A stretch of DNA of 63,893 bases, filler included, from Olpidium bornovanus S191 (lineage: Eukaryota > Fungi > Olpidiomycota), in assembly GCA_017911155.1 (NCBI GenBank). It is 25 parts of 25 records of this genome, joined end to end, with 100 filler letters (N's around TTAATTAATTAA, not from the genome) between each part and the next. Parts side by side here need not be neighbours in the genome. Positions count along the whole stretch, not along the records: positions 57,936 to 59,359 come from JAEFCI010006195.1; positions 59,460 to 62,542 come from JAEFCI010003023.1; positions 62,643 to 63,893 come from JAEFCI010011202.1; 22 more parts are not named here. One strand, 5' to 3'. The position numbers were made by a program, and so were the translations under genes. The notes under the pieces are model-generated. The model was not told the origin of the DNA. It was given only the letters and a program-made list of their open reading frames with translations, and did not search any database. Of this stretch, positions 58,955 to 63,893 are shown piece after piece (the first letter of the stretch is position 1; every line of letters begins with the position of its first letter).

Positions 58955-61066
58955 TTCCGCACGTGCAGTGGAGGCGGGGAGAGAGAGAGAGTGTGTGTGT
59001 GTGTGGGGAGGGAGCAAAGCGGAAGGGGGGGAAAGGCGGGGAGGGCTGACTGCGGCTCGGGGGCAGCCGCAGCTCTCCACCCGCACCCGGGAGCCGGATA
59101 AGGTCCATCCATTCCGCTTTTCCTGAACACACAAGAGCGGCATCCACCACTCGCCCCACCGGCTTTCGTTACTGTGCTGCACTGAACTGGCCCAAGCAGC
59201 GTCAGGTTTCTCTCAGCTGCCTTCCAAATCGTGCCAGTGGACTTCGGGCCTTTCTCTTTCGTCCGGTGTGCCGATCTTACGTCACGGGCACAGATCGGCA
59301 TCATCCGGCACTGTGAAGCGGTGTTACTGGGGCCTTCGACCGCATCCGGCGCGCCATGGNNNNNNNNNNNNNNNNNNNNNNNNNNNNNNNNNNNNNNNNN
59401 NNNTTAATTAATTAANNNNNNNNNNNNNNNNNNNNNNNNNNNNNNNNNNNNNNNNNNNNGGAGAGGGGGCGGGGGGGGGGGGGGGCGGGGGGGGCGGCGG
59501 GGGGGGGGGGGGGGGGGCGAAGGCACCAGTGCGAAAGGAGAGCCCGAACCTTCTTTCCTCGGCGCCTTGTTCCAGACAGAATGAATGGGCTAATCAAGCT
59601 CTGCATAGTAAGCCACGTAGCCATAGCGGCGCCGTTTCCGTAGCCACGAATACAGAAACGCCTTCTCTGCTTCTCGCCTCGCTGCGCGGATTCTTCAAGT
59701 TGTGACAGTTCTGACTGGAGTGGGGAGGGGGACAGTCACATTTTTGCCCTGCCGGGTACGGTTTGTCCCGGAGACTGAAACCCGAAAGGCGAAGAAACCC
59801 TTATCCCGCTCTTCTGCCTTCCGCCCAACCCCCCTCCCAATTATGTGTCTCTCCCTCTCCCGGCGGACCAAACGGCAAACAGCTAAAGGCAAACCCGCCG
59901 TGCGAGGGTTACACGCCACACGTCTCATGCCCCGTCCGTCGACCTTTCAAAATTCCCGATCTGCCCCCGGTGTCATCAGTCTATACTCGCCACTTCCTCG
60001 CACACAGTTAGCTGTCTTAGAGCGGTGCCTTTTCCCAATCACAAATACATTGTCGGCTTCTGCTCCGGCCTGCCCCAGTTCACTTTGGGAAGCTTGCGCT
60101 GCTCAGTTATCGGAGATGGTACCTTTTTGTTGAGGTAGCTCCGTCGGTAAGCGATGGTTCAGATTGCACCGGTGGCGCTTATCCGCCAAAAGCGCCCGCC
60201 AGGGACATTGACATCAATCGCGAGTGGCATTTAGTCCGGCTGCCCTCTTCCCCTTCCCCTCATCCCTCTCTCCACGTACAAGGTTCTTAAACAAACGTGT
60301 TCACGAGAGTCGTGCAGAGGAGCGCACGGACACAAGGCCGCCAATTGGGGGAAGTACAGGATGTCGGATACGTTTAACTTGCTGCTTTGCCAAACACTTG
60401 ATGCTGGTTTCCATCTGCCATCAAACAAAGTATGTGGCGGCTGAATTGTCAGGGAGGAGCGGAAAGCATTCCGTTGCATATGCTCTGACAATCATCCTCG
60501 CGCGACGGTGCGTCCGCAGTCCGATGCCGGCCTGCTTGAAACTGATAAGGCTGACAGACAAAGTCTGCTGTTCCAGCGAAGCATTTGTCACGTCATCTTG
60601 CCCGAAATTGATGTTGTCGCCGACAAGGACGACGGGCGCATTGGCGCAGAGTGAACGAATTGTGCGGCGGCCAATGTGATCTGATGCGCCGGAACGCCGC
60701 CGGGAGGTTGACGTCAATACACCCCGCGCCTTACGCGCGCTCTCCGCATCTCGAGAGCGCCCAGATGCGAGAGGTAGCAGAAGACCACACAGTAACGAGG
60801 AGACTCTGGATGTCCGCTCTCCACCGGCGCGCCCTTCGTGTGACAAACGCCGGGGCGTGTGCCCGTTTTCCCGGGACACCGCGCACGAGATGACCCCGGA
60901 CAGTTGCCGGAAGGGCCGGTTTTCAGCACGCGCGCGGAATTCCAAAAATTCAGGGGGGGAAAAGGGGCGGGGAGGACGGGGAGGGGGCCCACAGCGTTAC
61001 GCCCTGCCCTCCCCCGTTTCCCCAACCAGAAACAACGCCGCCCGCCGCCAGCGCGCCGCAACCGCC

Positions 61067-62074
61067 ATGGCGAGCGTAGGGATACCGGTGAAGCTGCTTC
61101 ACGAGGCCCAGGGTACGGCCGGCGGCGGCGGCGGCGGCGGCGGACGGAAGCGAGAGCGGACGGCGGAAAAGCGGGGTGCCGGGGGCGGGGGCGGGAGCGC
61201 GCGCGCGCGCCAAACGCTCGAGGAGTGTTGAGGGGGGGGAGGTTTCACGCAGACATCGTCAACGCACCAAGGAGTTGACGGGAAATCTGTTCGCGGACCC
61301 ACAGTGCGCCAGCGCGGTTTCATCCCGCAGGTGCTGATAGCCGGGGCAAGGAGCTTGCCCGCGAACGGCTATCGACCGCTCGATGTAACCAACCACCCCG
61401 TTCGTCCTCGCGCGCTCTCCCAGGCCACGTGGTCACGCTGGAGTTGAAGACTGGCTTCGTATATCGCGGGAAGCTGTTCGAAGGTGAGCGCTGGCCGCTT
61501 TTTTTTGCGTGGCCGGCTTAGCGTGTTTTGGCCGTCCGGTTTCCCTCCGCTGACTTTTTATTTGGGCCTACTTGGTCTGCGTCAACCGAACAACCTCATC
61601 CCTGCCCCCCCCCCCCCCTCTCCCCTCCTCTTTCTTCCCCCTTCTCCCTTTCTAGCGGAAGACAACATGAATGTCCAGCTTCGAGACATCACCGTCACGG
61701 CCCGTGACGGACGTGTGTCACAGTTGGAGCAGGTCTACATCCGCGGTTCTCACGTCAGGTACTTCATCGTCCCGGACATGCTGCGCAACGCACCCATGTT
61801 TAAGAAGGTCGGGCCAAACGCGCTTAAGGGCAAGGGCGTCGGCATGGGGAGGGGGAAGGCCACCGTCGCTAGGGCACAGGGTAAGGGGAAAAGCGTGGCC
61901 GGGGCAGTAGCTTTGTTTTGCGCAAAACGGGGAAGGTCGTGCGTTCGTTTCGTGCGGTTCGCCCCTTACCTGGTGTTCTCCGTTTTTTTTAATGCTTACC
62001 TTCCAGCAAGGGGACGTGGCCGGGGCGGGCCGCCTCGCGGCGGGTTCCGCGGGGGAGGAAGGGGAGGCCGCTGA
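61067..62074 (+). CDS. SMD3: Small nuclear ribonucleoprotein Sm D3, 4 exons
   Basis: [15 protein letters not shown]|[18 protein letters not shown]|[51 protein letters not shown]-rich tail. Confidence 0.97.
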
Positions 62075-62757
62075 GGGGCCTGCAAAAATGATGCTCAAAT
62101 TTTTCAACAGCCGCTTTGATGCGCATTCCCGAACGCTCAACTCACATGTGGAGATCTTATTGTTTCTGATTACTGCACGACGGCGGAAAATTGGACTCCG
62201 TTTCCTTTTATTTTTTTTGTTTTTTTTTTTTGTTCTTTGCCGCTGTGCGTGCGAGGTTGAGATGAGGCGGGGGGCGTAGGCGTCGCCGCGAAAAAATGAA
62301 CGTCGATCTCTGTCGATGAGCTCCGGCGGCAGAGTTCCCCTGCTGTTGGTTCATGAGAAATGAGTTCGCATCAACGACCGCGGACAGCGCGAGGTCGGGG
62401 GAACGCGGCAGTCGCAGAGCACATGCAAGGCTGTCGCCCCGACGCCTCACGGTTTTGAAGCTTGTCGCCCACCCCCCTTCCCCTCCCCATTCATTCCAAG
62501 AAATGTCACCCGCTCGGTCGCCGCGAACAAAAGTGCTCCCCCNNNNNNNNNNNNNNNNNNNNNNNNNNNNNNNNNNNNNNNNNNNNTTAATTAATTAANN
62601 NNNNNNNNNNNNNNNNNNNNNNNNNNNNNNNNNNNNNNNNNNCCCCCCCCCCCCCCGCCCCCCCCCCCCCCCCCCCCCCCCCCCTCCCCCCCCCCCCCCC
62701 CCCCCCCCCCCCGCTTGAAACGTGCCACACCCGCCCATCCCCATAACGTCCGTCCGC

Positions 62758-63893
62758 ATGGCAGTGACCCTGCTGTCCAAGTTCTCTTCGATCTTCGCGT
62801 GGCCGATCCCGAGCGTGCCAAAGTACTCGGGTCCGTTCGCCGTCGGCGTCCACGACATCGAGTCGACCTACCCCACGGTATGCGCGGGCCTGAGCGTCTC
62901 GTCGAGAGACCTGGCCTCGCACGGCACCGTCCTGGTGCGCCTGTTCTACCCGGCGGGCCCGCTGACGACCGGCGCCTCTCGGGCACCCTGGCTTCCGCAT
63001 CCTCCCAACGAGTACGCTTCCGGTTACGGCGCTCTGGTGAGGCTGCCCGCCTGGGTGTCGGTCCCGCTGTTCTCCGCCGCCCTGCTGTTTACCAGAGGGC
63101 CGGCGTACATGAACGCCCGCTTCCTGAGGCCGCAGGAGGCCGCCGCCGCCGCCGCCGCTTTCCCGCCGGGGAGGTCCGATGCCGCCCGGGCCGAGATTCA
63201 GGCGGAGGTCGCCGCGATCGCGGCGTCGAAGCGGTACCCCGTCGTGGTCTTCTCGCACGGCCTCGCCGGCTGCCGGACGACCTACTCGTCGATCTGCGGG
63301 GAGCTGGCGTCGCACGGCATGGTCGTCGCGGCCGTGGAGCACCGCGACGGGTCGGCCGCCAACACGTCTTACCCGTCGCCGGCCGCGGAGAAGCCGGGCG
63401 CGTTCGCCTCCGAGACTCTCTCCTCCTCCGCCTCCTCCTCCCCCGGCTCCCTCTCGCCGGCCGGCTCCGCCGCCGTCCAAAAGCGGAGAAGTAGGACCCG
63501 CGTCCACTACCGCCTGCCGCCGCCCGTGGACGACGCGAAGACGTTCAGGACGGTGCAACTGGAGCACCGCGTGGACGAGGTCCGGCTGGCCGTCCGGCTG
63601 CTCCGCGCTCTGGACAAGGGTGCGAACGTCCGCGAGAAGGACGACGGGTGGCCGCACGCGGGCGATTTCGACCTGTCCCACCTCTGCGGCGCGTTGGACC
63701 TCGCCGACAACCTGTTCGTCGCAGGCCACTCGTTTGGCGCGGCCACAGCCCTCAAGTCCGTCAGCGTCAAGGACAATCCCTTCAGAGCGGCCGTCGCGTT
63801 CGACCCGTGGATGCTGACCGTCGAGGGGATCGACGTCCTGCGGCCCGTGCTTGTAATGAATTCCGGTACCGTTTTTATTCCCGCCGTCGGCAC
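62758..63893 (+). CDS. Platelet-activating factor acetylhydrolase (isoform II-like) alpha/beta hydrolase, 3' truncated, no intron seen
   Basis: YSGPFAVG, VRLFYP, YPVVVFSHGLAG.RTTYSSICGELASHGMVVAAVEHRDGSA, GHSFGAAT (nucleophile Ser), AAVAFDPWM; missing from the ORF track because no stop occurs before the window end. Confidence 0.92.
   Translation, partial: MAVTLLSKFSSIFAWPIPSVPKYSGPFAVGVHDIESTYPTVCAGLSVSSRDLASHGTVLVRLFYPAGPLTTGASRAPWLPHPPNEYASGYGALVRLPAWVSVPLFSAALLFTRGPAYMNARFLRPQEAAAAAAAFPPGRSDAARAEIQAEVAAIAASKRYPVVVFSHGLAGCRTTYSSICGELASHGMVVAAVEHRDGSAANTSYPSPAAEKPGAFASETLSSSASSSPGSLSPAGSAAVQKRRSRTRVHYRLPPPVDDAKTFRTVQLEHRVDEVRLAVRLLRALDKGANVREKDDGWPHAGDFDLSHLCGALDLADNLFVAGHSFGAATALKSVSVKDNPFRAAVAFDPWMLTVEGIDVLRPVLVMNSGTVFIPAVG

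Noticed and set aside
60421-60700. NAPVVLVGDN resembling a small-GTPase pre-G4 strand
   Set aside because: No NKxD, P-loop or DxxG motif in frame.

Overview
This window is not one locus. It is 25 short contigs (about 1.1-6.6 kb) joined by 24 identical 100-nt artificial spacers (Ns around TTAATTAATTAA, stop codons in all six frames), so adjacency across spacers is meaningless. The DNA is eukaryotic, GC-rich, intron-rich and full of homopolymer runs. Gene content points to a flagellated (zoosporic) early-diverging fungus: a fungal-type ARG5,6 polyprotein, a STE20/PAK kinase and a sterol glucosyltransferase occur alongside the ciliary protein CCDC113 and a WNK kinase. An Olpidium-like draft genome is my guess, not verified. 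Recognisable host genes, mostly partial: WBP4-like U1 zinc finger, UCH37/UCHL5, STE20, sterol glucosyltransferase, ARG5,6, a 4xSH3 protein, HNT1, Nup133, TRA2-like RRM, WNK, CCDC113, tRNA-Arg(ACG), SWI1-like, secreted PLA2, ADP/ATP carrier, USO1, SmD3 and PAF acetylhydrolase. Mobile DNA: a hAT end, two decayed Copia elements (one with a nested TG..CA insertion), a Gypsy element with an antisense ORF, and related LTRs. I found no CRISPR array, prophage or multi-gene novel system. The best leads are single genes: a two-domain secreted His-Asp PLA2, a glucosyltransferase with an unassigned ~520-aa N-terminal extension, a WNK kinase with a ~95-aa insertion in the kinase domain, a protein with six KPRKST-type repeats, an animal-type ANT with a shifted substrate Arg, and unusual retroelement architectures. 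All homology calls come from motif recognition by eye; no searches were run.
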